DNA of 63,040 bases, filler included, from Reticulomyxa filosa (Eukaryota > Protista > Foraminifera): assembly GCA_000512085.1 (NCBI GenBank). It is 18 parts of 18 records of this genome, joined end to end, with 100 filler letters (N's around TTAATTAATTAA, not from the genome) between each part and the next. Parts side by side here need not be neighbours in the genome. Positions count along the whole stretch, not along the records: positions 60,262 to 61,940 come from ASPP01007806.1; positions 62,041 to 63,040 come from ASPP01044136.1; 16 more parts are not named here. One strand, given 5' to 3'. Below, in pieces: positions 61,477 through 63,040 of the stretch. Positions within the stretch are counted from its first letter, which is position 1, and each line of letters begins with the position of its first letter. The notes beneath the pieces were generated by a model. The model searched no databases. It was not told where the DNA came from and worked only from the letters and a program-made list of their open reading frames with translations. The translations under genes were made by a program, and so were the position numbers.

Positions 61477-61911
61477 ATGCACAGATACCCAGCCGACTCG
61501 TCTCTGAAAGTGCGTGTTGAAAACAAACAGCAGTTATATTTGTCATTTCAAGATCTGACAGTGACAGCGAAAAATGACCGAAACAAGCGCAGCGAGAAAA
61601 AAAGAGACAACAATGGTATTTCCATAACCGAAGATGATGATCGAGAAGTGGATCGTCCGAGTACTCGTTTGTTGGAACCAATTAGCACAGCAAATGAACA
61701 AACAAAGGCAAGTTCGGCTACCCGTTTGCAATTTTTTCAAAAGGAGAAGAATAAGACTTTCCACAAGACCATCCTAAACAAGATGAGTGGTAGTTTCAAG
61801 TCCAAAGGTTTAATAGGAATCGTCGGGACAAGTGGAGGAGGGAAAACAACACTATTATCGTTATTGAGTGGAAGACTACATAGTCTTTCTTCTTTATCGG
61901 GGAATGTAGAG
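61477..61911 (+). CDS. ABCG-family transporter, N-terminal NBD, partial
   Basis: LSFQDLTV...KTILNKMSGSF...GIVGTSGGGKTTLLSLLSGR. Confidence 0.88.
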
Positions 61912-62087
61912 GTTAATTTTTTTTTTTTTTTTTTTTTTTTNNNNNNNNNNNNNNNNNNNNNNNNNNNNNNNNNNNNNNNNNNNNTTAATTAATTAANNNN
62001 NNNNNNNNNNNNNNNNNNNNNNNNNNNNNNNNNNNNNNNNTTTTTTTTTTTTAAATTTTTATAAATTAAAAAAAAAAAAAAAAAGTG

Positions 62088-63040
62088 ACCGTCTTCATTC
62101 ATATCAGTTCCCACAGGCACTAATTTCGTAGGTATGACCATTTCTGTATTTTTATGCACGTTTTGTACGTTGCCCTCGTCAACGTCAGCGAAGCTGCTGG
62201 TGAATCGCGAGGCAGATGAGGGTTTTTTATTATTTTCTGGCATGTCAATGATCCGCTCAGCGTCTTTTTTCGCATGTTTTCGATAGATAATGCAACTAAT
62301 GAGGAAAATGAGCAAAAGTAGTACAACCCCACCCCCGGCAGCGTAGACGTATATATTTTTGAAGCCTTTGATCAGTTCCCCTCCATTTGCGCTCTGGCGT
62401 TTGGAAGCAGTAGGTGCAGCGGAAGGAGCCTGGGTCGGTTGCGTTGGGACATTGGACGGTTGCAGAGTAGGGACATGGGTAGGACGTAAGGTCGGTTGAT
62501 TGGTGGGTCTTCCAGTGGGAGAAGCAGTGGGAACTTTGGTTGGAAGCAACGTGGGTTGTCGACTTGGAAGTTTGGTTGGAAGCAATGTGGGTTGTCGACT
62601 TGGAAGTTTGGTGGGATGGACGGTGGGACGTTTGGTGGTGGGAACGTGTGTAGGTGTTCGAGTCGGATTAGTGAATGGAGAGATGGTGGGATATGCAGTG
62701 GGCGACCTGGAAGGAGAGCGTGTGGGATGAGTAACGGGAGAGTACGTAGGATGACGAGAAGGAGATTGCGAAGGCGATCGCGTAGGATGTGTGACAGGAG
62801 AGAAGGTAGGATGTGCAGTGGGATGATGACTGGGCGAACGTGTGGGGTGTTGGGTGGGATGTTTGGTTGGACGTTGAGTAGGATGTCCAGTTGGATGTCG
62901 AGTGGGATGTCGAGTCGGAGGTCTGGTGGGCGTCTTGGTTGGAGATCGACTCGGACTACGTGAAGGATGTTTGGTAGGATGATTCGTCGGGACTCGCGTA
63001 GGGGGCACTGTCGGATGTTTCGTTGGATGTCTGGTCGGAG
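62088..63040 (-). CDS. Type I membrane protein with a long PT-repeat (PTxx/PSxx) stalk, partial
   Basis: More than 200 aa of 4-residue P-T/S repeats, then the TM segment IYVYAAGGGVVLLLLIFLISCIIY followed by RKHAKK. Confidence 0.85.

Noticed and set aside
1960-62040. Regularly recurring TTAATTAATTAA flanked by Ns, superficially a repeat array or CRISPR-like
   Set aside because: It is an artificial six-frame-stop linker between contigs, not biological sequence.
62496-62963. Plus-strand Gly-rich repeat ORFs
   Set aside because: They are antisense shadows of the PT-repeat gene.
1-63040. tRNA, rRNA or snRNA genes
   Set aside because: No recognisable cloverleaf or conserved rRNA/snRNA motifs were seen by eye. 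tRNAscan-SE and Infernal would be needed to exclude them.

Overview
This window is AT-rich, intron-containing eukaryotic DNA. It is not one locus: it is 18 short contigs joined by 17 artificial 100-nt spacers (44 N + TTAATTAATTAA + 44 N), so gene neighbourhood across spacers is meaningless. The WD40 repeat style (WSIDYST..GCQFICSGSDDKTVRVWD...SPYHYHN), the decayed KLNEKQL repeat family and the A/T-homopolymer-rich introns suggest a foraminiferan such as Reticulomyxa filosa (inference). Recognisable genes, many of them partial, are: methionine synthase (MetH/MTR) with an in-frame N-terminal RanBP2-type zinc finger, a PHD-chromo-SET protein, two CLASP/TOG-like proteins, an EF-hand protein, CCDC115/Vma22, a MAP kinase, a NUDT23-like Nudix hydrolase, DCAF12, a CorA-type Mg transporter, a DysF-domain protein, a GT4-like glycosyltransferase, SLC35F and ABCG transporters, and a PT-repeat membrane protein. 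Decayed material includes a DBP9/DDX56 pseudogene, two Tc1/mariner families (one with five remnants), a LINE RT remnant and a Ty3/gypsy pol remnant. The best novelty candidates are the ZnF-MetH fusion, the PHD-chromo-SET architecture, introns with poly-A acceptors and complementary A/T runs, and an OCIA-like protein. All family calls come from motif recognition by eye; no database search was run.
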